A DNA stretch of 64,000 bases from a virus. Location: positions 1 through 64,000 of IMG/VR virus record IMGVR_UViG_3300017963_000024, one strand, 5' to 3'. The stretch's first letter is position 1, and every line of letters starts with the position of its first letter. Of the stretch, positions 19,436-29,116 are shown piece after piece. The position numbers were made by a program, and so were the translations under genes. The notes under the pieces are model-generated. The model was not told the origin of the DNA. It saw only the letters and a list, made by a program, of their open reading frames with translations, and did not search any database.

Positions 19436-20656
19436 ATGGCACTCGTAAAAGCGTTGGGAAGGACGAAACTGCTGGGTGACTGCTGTGAGGATTGTCCGCT
19501 TCGGGAGAGAATCAAAGTTCTGCCGACTCTCCCACCGAACAGAAAAGTAACAGTCGTCGGGTTGGCACCCGGACAGACTGAGGAAATACAGGGCAAGAAC
19601 TTTGTAGGTCGGGCTGGTGCGCTCCTCCGAAAGATACTAGCTAAAGCTGGTCTTGATCCTACAGAGGATGTCGGCTACGTCAATCTGACTCGTTGCCGCC
19701 CAATCGACGATCAGTTCAATGCCGAATGGAACAAGGCGCGACGTAGGTGTGAAGGTTTCTTCATGGATGACCTTCTCACTCCCACCACCAGTTACAAGAC
19801 GGGCACTGGCCCGCTGCTGGTGTGTGGGACCGACGCAGTTAAGGTAGTCAAAGAAGACCGGAAAGCGCAGATCACGCAGGAACGTGGACTCTGGCAACTC
19901 TCTCCCGTTCGTCGTCCATTCATTGCTACATGGCACCCAGCAGCGATCTTGAGATCGGGAAGTCTCGAACGAGCAAAGCAGTTCGAGGAAGACATCTTCC
20001 GAATGGCAAAGCGGGTGAACCGTCAGGACAAACTGCCAAGCATCAAGCAGATCGTCTGCAAGAACATCGACACCGCTATTCCTTTTCTGACAAAGCTTGC
20101 CTTGCAGAAAACTCCGTGGGCGTTCGATATTGAAACCTATGATGCGAAAAAGTTTCCCTCTAGGAAGGGAGTGGCTGTTGATCCTTTCCACCCCGACTTC
20201 AGAGTTCGAGGAATCGCTTTTGCAACAAGTGACAAAGGGGGATTCTATGTCGATCTGAAAGAGGATGAGGAAAACATCCCGCTGGAGATTCGTACCGAAG
20301 GTGGTCAACTACTTACTGAAGTATTCACCAGTGGTGCGGACAAGTGGGCATACCACGGGAACTTCGATGAAGAAGGTTTAGTCGCACAGGGTTGGACGCA
20401 GAAAGTCACGAATAGGCGAGGTGATGGTCTGCTAGCTCTGATTGCTTTAGGTGACGGTAGACGATCCTCGAATACGCTTGCTCGTGCTGTGACTGAAGTC
20501 TTGAAAGAACCAACATATTGGGAAGCTGACAAAACAGAAATGCGGGATCTTCCCTTGGAGGTGGTAGCTGAAGGTGCAATCCGTGATGCCGTAGCAACTT
20601 TCCGCCTCGTGAAAAAATTGCATGGGTTCATGGAGAATGGAAAGTATTGTGTATGA
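19436..20656 (+). CDS. DNA polymerase N-terminal part: family-4 UDG-like domain + 3'-5' exonuclease
   Basis: CEDCPL, VGLAPG, FVGRAG, NLTRCRP, WHPAAILR; FDIET, HGNFD, AIRDA. Confidence 0.85.
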   Translation: MALVKALGRTKLLGDCCEDCPLRERIKVLPTLPPNRKVTVVGLAPGQTEEIQGKNFVGRAGALLRKILAKAGLDPTEDVGYVNLTRCRPIDDQFNAEWNKARRRCEGFFMDDLLTPTTSYKTGTGPLLVCGTDAVKVVKEDRKAQITQERGLWQLSPVRRPFIATWHPAAILRSGSLERAKQFEEDIFRMAKRVNRQDKLPSIKQIVCKNIDTAIPFLTKLALQKTPWAFDIETYDAKKFPSRKGVAVDPFHPDFRVRGIAFATSDKGGFYVDLKEDEENIPLEIRTEGGQLLTEVFTSGADKWAYHGNFDEEGLVAQGWTQKVTNRRGDGLLALIALGDGRRSSNTLARAVTEVLKEPTYWEADKTEMRDLPLEVVAEGAIRDAVATFRLVKKLHGFMENGKYCV

Positions 20657-21021
20657 AAAAATTGATCCTCGTTCTGGACGATACGCTTATTCAGAAAATG
20701 GATGGGCAGATCGAGACTGCTGAGAAAAGAGCGAAGAACATGAGTCCTTCCTCTGGACTGATCTTTCAGGGACAGAGAAATGATGATTCCTATCGTTGGG
20801 GATTCGAGGAGGGCAAAGCCGCTGCAATGCGCGAACTCTTGAAATATCTAAAGGCCGAACTGATGACAGCAACAACCGATCTACAATGCGCGAAGTGCGG
20901 TTCTTCATTCAACTTCGATGGTGAAACTTTTCTACGTGCTCAGAAGTCGGGGTCCGGTAGGGCAATTCGTCCACGAAAGCGAAAAGAAATGGAGCAGCAA
21001 AGTGGACGCGGAGCACCATAG
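20647..21021 (+). CDS. hypothetical protein between the two polymerase halves
   Basis: 124 aa with CAKC; ends GRAIRPRKRK. Confidence 0.55.
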   Translation: MCMKKLILVLDDTLIQKMDGQIETAEKRAKNMSPSSGLIFQGQRNDDSYRWGFEEGKAAAMRELLKYLKAELMTATTDLQCAKCGSSFNFDGETFLRAQKSGSGRAIRPRKRKEMEQQSGRGAP

Positions 21022-21051
21022 AACTAGAAGCCATAAGCGCGGAGGAGCAAA

Positions 21052-22644
21052 ATGAAGATTGGAGACTACTACCACAAGATCTTGATGCCAGCGAATACTG
21101 CTGTAAGTTCCATGCGTATCGCTGGTATTCCCGTTAGCATGGAACGACTTAACGATTGCTATGTTGACTTCAACAAACGCATAGCAAAGCTTGAAAAGAG
21201 GCTAACGCGGAAGGCAAAAAAGAAAGGAATGGACCTCACATTCAGTGCAGCCCATCGACCTAGTACGATTGCGCTTCGGCAGTTTCTCTACGGACGCAAG
21301 GGCTTGGGGCTGGAATGTACGGTTTTTACGGACAAAACGAAGCAGCCCGCCACCAGTGCTGAAGCTTTAATGAGATACGCCTCCATCGCAAATCCTAGAA
21401 AAGACGATGTTCCAGAGGTTTCTGATCTTCTGAAGCTCAGTTCGCTGGCAAAGGCTGTAGCTACTTACGTTCTACCCTTTGCTAGAGCCGTTCGCGCTGA
21501 TGGGGCAATCCATCCAAAGTTTAATTGGGGAGTTGTGAGAACTCCGCGTCTGAGTGCTTCCGATCCCCCTGTTCATCAGATTCCAGAGAAAGCAGACAAA
21601 GAAGTAGCGGCTGGGATCAAACGTTGCTTCGTTCCCCGTGAAAAACCGTGCTTGGACCCGGAGGATTGGGACCCGCGTAAGCACGGTTCCTGTTTCAAGT
21701 GGGACATTTCGGGTGCTGAGATGGCTGTTCGCGCTGCTATGCTCACAAAGCTTTTTTGCAAGAGTGAGTTGACTCTGTGGGATTACATCCGAAATGGTAA
21801 GGACCCGCATGGCAAGACTGCTGCTCTGATGTACGATACTGAAGACGGAACCTACAAGAAGGGAGATTACGAGCGGGATGTTGTTGGCAAAATTTCAAAC
21901 TTCTCACTTCTGTACGGTGGATCGTCTTATACCCTACAACGAACGTTGCTCCTCAAGGCGCGTGTATTCTGGACGGATGAGGAATCTGCCTTGAGGCACG
22001 GACGATTTTTCGAGGGCTATCCCGAACTCGCTGAAATGTACGAGTGGGACAAAGCTTTTCTTGGGAAGAATGGGTACTGCCAAGATGGATACGGCAGGAG
22101 GCGTTGGATCGAGCTTCCAGCAAACGCAAAGTTCCTTGGAATTCGCTTTGGAAAAAGTCAGTGGAGGGTTCCTAGAGGTGATCGGCAAGCTTGGAGAGAA
22201 CTCGACCACTGCTTTCACGTTGCTGCGAACACACCTACTCAGGGAATGTCAGCAACAGACAATCTGTGGATGCTCGCTCTTTGCTTTCATGGTGAGTACG
22301 TCGAGTTGAGAGTTGTTCCCATGTGGGAGGACAAGGGTGGAGTGCTCTTTCCCGAAGCGAAGAACTGGCAGTTCCACGAAGGACCGGGACCGGGAGGGAA
22401 ACCATTCAAAGCTTGGCATACGAACACGGTTCACGACTCAGGTTGGGGGGATTGCGGTCCGGGGTATGTCGAACCAGTGATGAAGGTGATCGCACGGAGA
22501 TGCAGTGCGCTTCCGTTTGATTGGAGATTGAAAGCAGACGTTCCGTACAGAGTTGATCTGGAAGTAGGTCCAGACATGGGCAATCTGCGGGACTACAACG
22601 ACGTGGCGAAGGAGTTTGGACTTGAGCCAATGCCCGTCAGATAG
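21052..22644 (+). CDS. polA: family A DNA polymerase, polymerase domain
   Basis: TPRLSASDP, WDISGAE (motif A), R..GKISNFSLLYGG (motif B), NTPTQG, VHDS (motif C). Confidence 0.92.
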   Translation: MKIGDYYHKILMPANTAVSSMRIAGIPVSMERLNDCYVDFNKRIAKLEKRLTRKAKKKGMDLTFSAAHRPSTIALRQFLYGRKGLGLECTVFTDKTKQPATSAEALMRYASIANPRKDDVPEVSDLLKLSSLAKAVATYVLPFARAVRADGAIHPKFNWGVVRTPRLSASDPPVHQIPEKADKEVAAGIKRCFVPREKPCLDPEDWDPRKHGSCFKWDISGAEMAVRAAMLTKLFCKSELTLWDYIRNGKDPHGKTAALMYDTEDGTYKKGDYERDVVGKISNFSLLYGGSSYTLQRTLLLKARVFWTDEESALRHGRFFEGYPELAEMYEWDKAFLGKNGYCQDGYGRRRWIELPANAKFLGIRFGKSQWRVPRGDRQAWRELDHCFHVAANTPTQGMSATDNLWMLALCFHGEYVELRVVPMWEDKGGVLFPEAKNWQFHEGPGPGGKPFKAWHTNTVHDSGWGDCGPGYVEPVMKVIARRCSALPFDWRLKADVPYRVDLEVGPDMGNLRDYNDVAKEFGLEPMPVR

Positions 22645-22652
22645 GAGGAGCG

Positions 22653-23165
22653 ATGGAAAGAGAATGTGGTGAGTGCAAGCTTTGTTGCAAGTGTCTCTCA
22701 ATCGTCGAGATCGTCAAACCGGGCGGAAAGTGGTGCCCTCATGCAAAAGGAAAGGGGTGTGACATCTACGAGGACAGGCCGCCTTCATGCAAACAATTCA
22801 GATGTGCTTGGCTCGATGGATTGACTCCTGAAGAATTCCGACCAGACAAAGTTCATGCGGTATTCGTAGTTGAGGGTACTCCAGATATTCCTATCATCTC
22901 TTGCTATGAGCACATCAATGGAATCGCCCTTGCATCTAAGAAACTCCGTTGGTGCATTGAGAACTTCAAGGCAGAGGATGGAGAGCGTCTTGAAACGGGG
23001 ATCATTTCTCCACAGGGAGAACGAACTCTTCTCAATGAGAGGCTGGAAGTAATCGAGAAGCTTCCGCCTCACGTCATGTTTACATTGGAAGACGGGTGGG
23101 AGTTGGAAGTTCAAAAGCTTGCTGAGTCATTCAGTAAATTTCTGGCAAAAGGAGGAGCGAAATGA
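22653..23165 (+). CDS. YkgJ-like Cys-cluster (Zn/Fe-S) protein
   Basis: CGECKLCC...CPH...CDIYEDRPPSC. Confidence 0.75.
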   Translation: MERECGECKLCCKCLSIVEIVKPGGKWCPHAKGKGCDIYEDRPPSCKQFRCAWLDGLTPEEFRPDKVHAVFVVEGTPDIPIISCYEHINGIALASKKLRWCIENFKAEDGERLETGIISPQGERTLLNERLEVIEKLPPHVMFTLEDGWELEVQKLAESFSKFLAKGGAK

Positions 23166-23395
23166 GCAAGAGAATAAAGGCAACGTTCAGGAAAAGCTTC
23201 CAAGTTGGGCAGGGACCGTGGCAAACAGTCGAACTTGGAATCGAAGAGGACATCAAGAGCGAGAAGAACGCAATCGAAGAGGTACGGAAGCTTCACCGGG
23301 AACTGGTCATTCTAGGGGAAGAGATCGTAGCCCAAGAGATTCGGAAGAGCCGTCCCGCGCCCGGAACGAAAAATCGTCAGTCAAAACTTTTTTAG
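23162..23395 (+). CDS. hypothetical protein
   Basis: GGAGGAGCGAAATG SD. Confidence 0.6.
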   Translation: MSKRIKATFRKSFQVGQGPWQTVELGIEEDIKSEKNAIEEVRKLHRELVILGEEIVAQEIRKSRPAPGTKNRQSKLF

Positions 23396-23493
23396 TTGGA
23401 CACTTCACAGGGGCTTGACGACTTGATATAGTGTCGTGTGAGTGGGCAAGCACCGTTGGGATTCCTATTCCCTAAACTGAAAGGAGGAGCAGA

Positions 23494-24057
23494 ATGAAGC
23501 GACAGGAGAAGAACGAAGTGGACATCACAGAGAATGAGGTGTCCATGTCAATTGATTTGAGTGGTCGGGTTTTCGATGAGGACCTTACCGCTCAACTGGC
23601 CTTCAGTTCGGACCCCCAAGGTCTGAATGAAGCTTTGGTTGACCACGCAAATCGGTTTGCTCATTGGGCAGCGATGGAATGTGTGGCGAAAGAAAACTTG
23701 GAAGAGGCAAAGAATGGAATGAAGCTTTTGGAAGCTGATCTCTTCCGGCGGATCGAGAAAACTTTGACCGAAGAACAGGACGGGAAAAAACCGACTCTCG
23801 ACCGGATTCGGTCAGAGATGGTGAAGCGAGACGACTACCAAGAAGGATCAGATACGGTTGCACGAGCACAAGTCATGCTCGACAGAATCGTTGTCGGGCG
23901 TCAAGCGATGATGCACCGGAAAGACTGTCTCATCGAGGTAGCCAGAAACATGAGGGCGGAAATGGACGCTGGGCTGGTGGTTCAGAGCAGACCAGAGAAA
24001 GGAGTGGAAAACGCAAAGAGGAAAGAAGAAAGAGCGAGAAGGAAGAGGATGCAGTAA
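23494..24057 (+). CDS. UvsY-like recombination mediator
   Basis: helical protein with KKPTLDRIRSEM...Y; directly before the SSB and RecA-like genes. Confidence 0.55.
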   Translation: MKRQEKNEVDITENEVSMSIDLSGRVFDEDLTAQLAFSSDPQGLNEALVDHANRFAHWAAMECVAKENLEEAKNGMKLLEADLFRRIEKTLTEEQDGKKPTLDRIRSEMVKRDDYQEGSDTVARAQVMLDRIVVGRQAMMHRKDCLIEVARNMRAEMDAGLVVQSRPEKGVENAKRKEERARRKRMQ

Positions 24058-24096
24058 AGAGGGGCCAAGTTCAACCAACAGAGAAGGAGGATACAA

Positions 24097-25407
24097 ATGG
24101 CATTGAGCAAAGCGTTGAAAGAGGAAATGATGAAGCAAAGCGCCGCCGTCAAGCAGTCGATGTTTGGTGGTGGTAACCGGATCGACCTTTCTGGCAAGAA
24201 CGCAATCGTGCAGCCGGGAAGTTCCGTGACGCTGCGTCTGCTGCCCCGGTGGGATGGTGACGACAACAAACCGATCTATGTGGCAGCCAAGCAGCACTGG
24301 CTCGACTCCGCGACTCAGCCGGGAGTCCGAATTCCTGTCTGGTGTCGGAAGCAGTTCGGGAAAACTTGCCCCGTCTGTGAACAGTCGAAAGCTTTGTCCA
24401 AGAGCAAGGACCCAGACGAGCGGCAGACGGCAGTCGATCTCTCACCCTCTGAGGTGTTTCTTTACAACGTGGCGGTTGGCAAGAAGGAAGATCGGACCAC
24501 TGACGACATCGGCTACGTGGTTCTGCAAGGAACGCTCTTCACTCAGATCATCGACATTATGACCGGGGGCGGTGACGATGATGCTGCTTACGACGACGTG
24601 TCTGACATCAAGAAGGGATACGATCTCAGGTTCATCCGTCCTGCCAAGAAGGGCGACCGCTGGTCAGTCAAGCCCGTGAAGAACTCCTCGCCACTGTTCG
24701 ATAAGGCGGACAAGCAAGAGTGGAAGGGGTGGGAAGACGAGATGGCTAACCTTGAAGAGATCGTGCAAGGCGACGTTCGTAGCTACTCCGAAATCTACAA
24801 GCTTTTGTTCGGAGTGGAACCGGATGAGGTCCCCAATGAGGACAATGCCTCTCCGAAGAAGTCCAAGGTGCGGAAGTCGAAGAGCAAGGCAAGCGACGAC
24901 GAGGAAGAGGAAGAAGAGGACTTTGGCTTCGACGACGAGGAAGAAGAGGACGAAGGCGAAGAAGAGGAGGAGACGGACGACGAGGAGGAAGAAGAGGGGG
25001 AAGAGGAGGACGACGAGGAAGAGGAAAGCGACGAAGACGAGGAAGAGGAGGACGACGAGGAAGAGGAAAGCGACGAAGACGAGGAGGACGATGAGGAGGA
25101 CTCCGACGAAGAGGGGGAAGAGGAGGACGACGACGAGGAGGAAGAAAACGACGAAGACGAGGAGAATGAAGGTGACGATGAGGACGAGGAAGAGGATGAC
25201 GAGGAGGATGACGAGGAGGATGATGAAGATGATGACGATGACCTCTTCGCCGCTCTCGACAAAGAGGTGAGCAGCAAGGGCAAGGGCAAGAAGGCTCCTA
25301 CCAAGAAAGCACCTCCAAAGAAACAGCCCGCCAAGAAGAAGGCTCCTGCCAAGAAGAAGGCGGCTCCGAAGAAGGCTCCTGCCAAGAAGGGGAAGGGCCG
25401 AAAGTAG
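24097..25407 (+). CDS. gp32-like single-stranded DNA-binding protein with long acidic tract and PAKK-rich tail
   Basis: LRLLP, H..C...CPVCE Zn site, LYNV, DVSDIKKGYDLRFIR. Confidence 0.75.
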   Translation: MALSKALKEEMMKQSAAVKQSMFGGGNRIDLSGKNAIVQPGSSVTLRLLPRWDGDDNKPIYVAAKQHWLDSATQPGVRIPVWCRKQFGKTCPVCEQSKALSKSKDPDERQTAVDLSPSEVFLYNVAVGKKEDRTTDDIGYVVLQGTLFTQIIDIMTGGGDDDAAYDDVSDIKKGYDLRFIRPAKKGDRWSVKPVKNSSPLFDKADKQEWKGWEDEMANLEEIVQGDVRSYSEIYKLLFGVEPDEVPNEDNASPKKSKVRKSKSKASDDEEEEEEDFGFDDEEEEDEGEEEEETDDEEEEEGEEEDDEEEESDEDEEEEDDEEEESDEDEEDDEEDSDEEGEEEDDDEEEENDEDEENEGDDEDEEEDDEEDDEEDDEDDDDDLFAALDKEVSSKGKGKKAPTKKAPPKKQPAKKKAPAKKKAAPKKAPAKKGKGRK

Positions 25408-25416
25408 AGGTTAGCA

Positions 25417-26595
25417 ATGGGACGGAAGCCTAAGAGTGGTGACGCCGCTGATTATCGAAAAACTTTGATCGAACTGGCAAGCACAGCAGTCGAGAAGAGG
25501 TTCAAGAAGAAAGGCGGTGTTGCCATCGAGACAGCTTCCGACTCCCTCATTACTCCCTCGCTGTGGGTGTCCACGGGGAGCTTGGCCCTAGACCGGGTCT
25601 GCCGGGGTTTCAACCCCGGTGGAATCCCGGTCGGCCCCAAGCGAGGTCGGCTTGTCCATATTGCGGGCAAGTGGAGCACACTCAAAAGTTTGATCCTCGA
25701 CCATCTGTTCAAGTCGGTTCAAGAGTTGGAGGGGATTGCGGTGTGTACTGAGTCGGAGGGGAGTCGGGACCCGTACTTTCCAGACCGCATTGGACTTGAT
25801 CTGTCGGAAGTGAAGATCATGTATCCAGATACGATTGAGTCTGCTTTCGATGCGGGACTCAGCTTTGCCAGTACAATCCGTGCTGTCGATAAGGAGATAC
25901 CTATTATTTGGGGTGTTGATTCAATCGAGGCAATGGAAGCGAAGAAGACGGCAGACTCAGGGTTGTCTGAGAGTGGTTCCTTCCACTATGGAGGAGGAAG
26001 GACACAAGCTTTAGGTGCGGCCTTCAGAAAGGTCGTAGGCGAAACGAACAAGCACCCAACAACTGTAGTTCTCATCAACCAGACACGGACAAACCCAATG
26101 ATCCTGTTCGGTGACAAGAGCACAACGGGGGGAGGCAATGCACCTCACTTTTACGCTTCTCTCGAAATCTTTCTCAATCCCTCACAGAAGGGTAAAGTGT
26201 TCTCCCCGTATCGCGGATCGAGGCTCCCGAAGGAACTCCGAAAGAAGCTAGGCTTGAAGGTTACGGAGAAGGGGCACGTCGCTGGCTTTTGGGTTCATGC
26301 CCGTGTAAACAAGTCCAAGGTTGGAGGAACGCTTGGGCGGGAATGTGACATCTACCTCGACTTCCAAACCGGGATCAATCCTGTAGCAGGACTTCTTGAA
26401 GTTCTGCTCGAAGAAGGCGTTGTGGACTTCGATGGTAAGAAGGTTGTCCACCATCTTCCAACTGCAAAGAAGCGAACATTCTCTTCACAAGCTTTGTGGG
26501 AGGAGTGGATTCTGGACAATCTCGAAGTTCTCGGGCCGGAAAGTGTGAGGCGCAATGGCAAGAGGACTAAGAAGAAGAGACGTAAAGAAGATTGA
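25417..26595 (+). CDS. RecA/UvsX-like recombinase
   Basis: VSTGSLALD, GGIP.G, VDSI, LINQTR, TTGGGNAPHFYAS, VNKSKV. Confidence 0.88.
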   Translation: MGRKPKSGDAADYRKTLIELASTAVEKRFKKKGGVAIETASDSLITPSLWVSTGSLALDRVCRGFNPGGIPVGPKRGRLVHIAGKWSTLKSLILDHLFKSVQELEGIAVCTESEGSRDPYFPDRIGLDLSEVKIMYPDTIESAFDAGLSFASTIRAVDKEIPIIWGVDSIEAMEAKKTADSGLSESGSFHYGGGRTQALGAAFRKVVGETNKHPTTVVLINQTRTNPMILFGDKSTTGGGNAPHFYASLEIFLNPSQKGKVFSPYRGSRLPKELRKKLGLKVTEKGHVAGFWVHARVNKSKVGGTLGRECDIYLDFQTGINPVAGLLEVLLEEGVVDFDGKKVVHHLPTAKKRTFSSQALWEEWILDNLEVLGPESVRRNGKRTKKKRRKED

Positions 26596-27100
26596 GAAAG
26601 CCTTTCACAAGGCCACCGAGCGCATTACTGAGGAAGTTTCAAAGGGGCAGGACAACTTGTTCGAGGAAGTTGTGTTTCCTTCTCCACAGTCAATGAATTC
26701 GCTGGTTAAGCTTCTAACTCTCACCAATGAAGCTGTCGCAGGTGCTATTTCAGATCACATCAGCGAGCCTCAGAATGAGGGTACTCTTAAAATCTTGGGG
26801 ATGATAGACGCTGCTTGCGTGGAAATGGCTTCTGTAGTTGAAGCTGAAAAGACTTCTATTTGTCTATCCACGCCTCTTTGGGCGCACGTTATCCTATCCC
26901 TCGAAAGCTTTTCAGACGGATTGAAAAATAAGCTTGCTGATCCTGAATGTGGAAAGGAAGCGCGTATTACCTTTACATTGATGAAGGAAATGTCCTCAAT
27001 CATTAGAGGACAAGCTTTGAACGCAGCAAAGGAGGCTGACAAGCTGAGTAACACTTATAATAACCATGTCGCTTCGATGAAACCAATGGGTTCGGCATGA
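26555..27100 (+). CDS. hypothetical protein
   Basis: ORF within the operon. Confidence 0.5.
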   Translation: MARGLRRRDVKKIEKAFHKATERITEEVSKGQDNLFEEVVFPSPQSMNSLVKLLTLTNEAVAGAISDHISEPQNEGTLKILGMIDAACVEMASVVEAEKTSICLSTPLWAHVILSLESFSDGLKNKLADPECGKEARITFTLMKEMSSIIRGQALNAAKEADKLSNTYNNHVASMKPMGSA

Positions 27101-28206
27101 ACTGCTGCTCATTCATACACACGGCAGATTGGCATCTACATCGCTTTCGGAGTTGTTCCAAGAACAACGGACTAGACCGGCTGAATGATGGTCTGTCCGT
27201 AGTCGAACAAATTTTTGATTACGCTTCTGAGTACGAATGCCCCATCGTGGTTGCTGGTGATCTGAAACAGCAAAAAGGAACATGGGACCAGCTAGCTCTG
27301 AGCGGCCTCATCGACATCTGTGAACGGCACTCTCACGTTCAGGTCCTCGCTCTTTCAGGCAACGGTAATCACGACGGCACAGGGAAAGAGACAACGGGGG
27401 AGTCAGCATTGGCTCCCCTTCGCTTGCACATGAGATGCCATTCAGAACCCTTCGTCGGTCGCCTCGACATCTTCGATGAGATGCCCATCGCTCTTTGGCC
27501 TTGGCAACCAACACTGGAAGCCTTACCTCAGTTTCTTAGAGATGCTGAGTTCCACGGAGCGAGGATTCTCTTTGGTCATGGTATGTTCGAGGGGTCAGCC
27601 GTGGGTCCAATTGAATACCGACCATCGGGGGCACCGCTCAAGCTTTCTGACTTTGGACTTTCAGGACCACCGAAGAACAGGAAGTTCGATGCCGCTTTCT
27701 TTGGGGACGTTCACAAGAAACAAAAACTTGGTGGCGTCTACTACTGTGGTAGTCCTTATGCTCAGAATTGGGGCGAGCGGGAAATCGACAAGGGTGTGTA
27801 CTTTGTAGAGATCGACTGGAATGCTGAGAAGGGACGCATTGACAGCATCAAGGCTACTGAACTGCGGATCAAAGCACCACGGTATCGAGTGATCGACCTA
27901 TCGAAGCGGCTTCCCAGCAAGGTGCCGTGGGGAAAGTTCAAGGATGACTTCGTTCGTGTGCTTGTTCCAGTGGGAATGAGTCTCAACACGGAACAGGTGC
28001 AGGAAGAAACCAAAGCCCGCTGGTTAGAGTTCAGACCAATTCGGAAGGTACAGAAGATCGAGAGAAAGGAGGAGATCAACGCTGCGATGTCTCCAGTGGA
28101 CATCATCGAGGGCTACGTCCGGGCAGTGCCGCCGGGTGAGGAGTTTTCGGCACGAGACGTAGCAAAGCTTGGACTTAAACTCTGGAAGGAAGGAGGAGCG
28201 AAATGA
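27097..28206 (+). CDS. sbcD: Mre11/SbcD-like metallophosphoesterase nuclease
   Basis: TADWH, VAGDL, GNHD, FGH, GDVH, YCGSP. Confidence 0.9.
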   Translation: MNCCSFIHTADWHLHRFRSCSKNNGLDRLNDGLSVVEQIFDYASEYECPIVVAGDLKQQKGTWDQLALSGLIDICERHSHVQVLALSGNGNHDGTGKETTGESALAPLRLHMRCHSEPFVGRLDIFDEMPIALWPWQPTLEALPQFLRDAEFHGARILFGHGMFEGSAVGPIEYRPSGAPLKLSDFGLSGPPKNRKFDAAFFGDVHKKQKLGGVYYCGSPYAQNWGEREIDKGVYFVEIDWNAEKGRIDSIKATELRIKAPRYRVIDLSKRLPSKVPWGKFKDDFVRVLVPVGMSLNTEQVQEETKARWLEFRPIRKVQKIERKEEINAAMSPVDIIEGYVRAVPPGEEFSARDVAKLGLKLWKEGGAK

Positions 28207-28610
28207 GTAGAGGAAGATTTGAATTTTTCATCTGCTTAGGACAAAACGATTACCACTTCATGTTCTTTGCAGCACGGGTGATGCTGAACGATTCGGAGAC
28301 AGGCGAGAATGTTCGCTGGTGTCGTTACATGGGCTGCCAAGTATCTGTAGACAATCATCCCATTGAACCGATACTGGCGCGGGTTTATCTGAGTGACAAA
28401 GACAAATGGGATACCCTCACCGGGCGAAGACGCGCTTTGGAACGTGCTCTCCAAATGTCGATGGTCGATAGGGAGGAGCGCATCAAAGTTTGGAATCGCT
28501 TCAACGAGCAACCAGAGATCAAGAAGCTGGTGGCTAGGGCTGCTGCAAAGTCGAAGAGTGAACGGGAGTGGGCTGCTTACTATGCTAAGTATCCCAAGCG
28601 ATGCCGATGA
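28203..28610 (+). CDS. hypothetical phage protein
   Basis: strong SD; DKWDTLTGRRRALERAL. Confidence 0.6.
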   Translation: MSRGRFEFFICLGQNDYHFMFFAARVMLNDSETGENVRWCRYMGCQVSVDNHPIEPILARVYLSDKDKWDTLTGRRRALERALQMSMVDREERIKVWNRFNEQPEIKKLVARAAAKSKSEREWAAYYAKYPKRCR

Positions 28611-29116
28611 CCGTCGAGGAGTGTCAGGACTTTCTCCCGCTTTGGCACGGCAAAGGACTAAAGCTTGCACCAAAGGTTGAAGCGGTTACTGATTGGCTTC
28701 TCAGTCAGTATCAACCAAGAAATCGGGAATCTCTTCCTCCTGATATCGCTAAGGTGATGAAGGATTTTGGTGGACCGATCAAGGAATGCTTCCACACGAC
28801 GCAGACGCTCGTGGCGAGCTTGGACAGAGCACAGTACGTCGAAGGCTTTGTATTCAACTGTGCGATCATTCCCATCGAACACGCTTGGATCGAAGTAGAC
28901 GGGTACGTTGTCGAACTGACTTTACGGTCAGACCCGGAAAGAAAGGGTGAAGCGGTTATCACTCCTGACCCGGAGTGGATCTACATAGGAATTCCTATGG
29001 GTACTTCGTTTGTTTTGCATACGATGTTGGAGCGGAAGTTCACTGGCCCACTGAAGTATGTACTAGCAGCGAAGGCTCTTGGGTATCCAGAGGGAGAGTA
29101 TCATGCTTGCTTTTGA
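28601..29116 (+). CDS. hypothetical protein with a transglutaminase-like C/H pattern
   Basis: KECF, YVEGF, IEHAW motifs. Confidence 0.55.
   Translation: MPMTVEECQDFLPLWHGKGLKLAPKVEAVTDWLLSQYQPRNRESLPPDIAKVMKDFGGPIKECFHTTQTLVASLDRAQYVEGFVFNCAIIPIEHAWIEVDGYVVELTLRSDPERKGEAVITPDPEWIYIGIPMGTSFVLHTMLERKFTGPLKYVLAAKALGYPEGEYHACF

Noticed and set aside
20657-21051. Group I/II intron in the polymerase
   Set aside because: No recognisable intron core; the gap is filled by an ORF and the downstream half has its own strong SD.
24795-25385. Poly-Ser minus-strand ORF and the Arg/Thr-rich alternative frame at 24752..25270
   Set aside because: By-products of the GAR/GAY acidic tract of the SSB gene.
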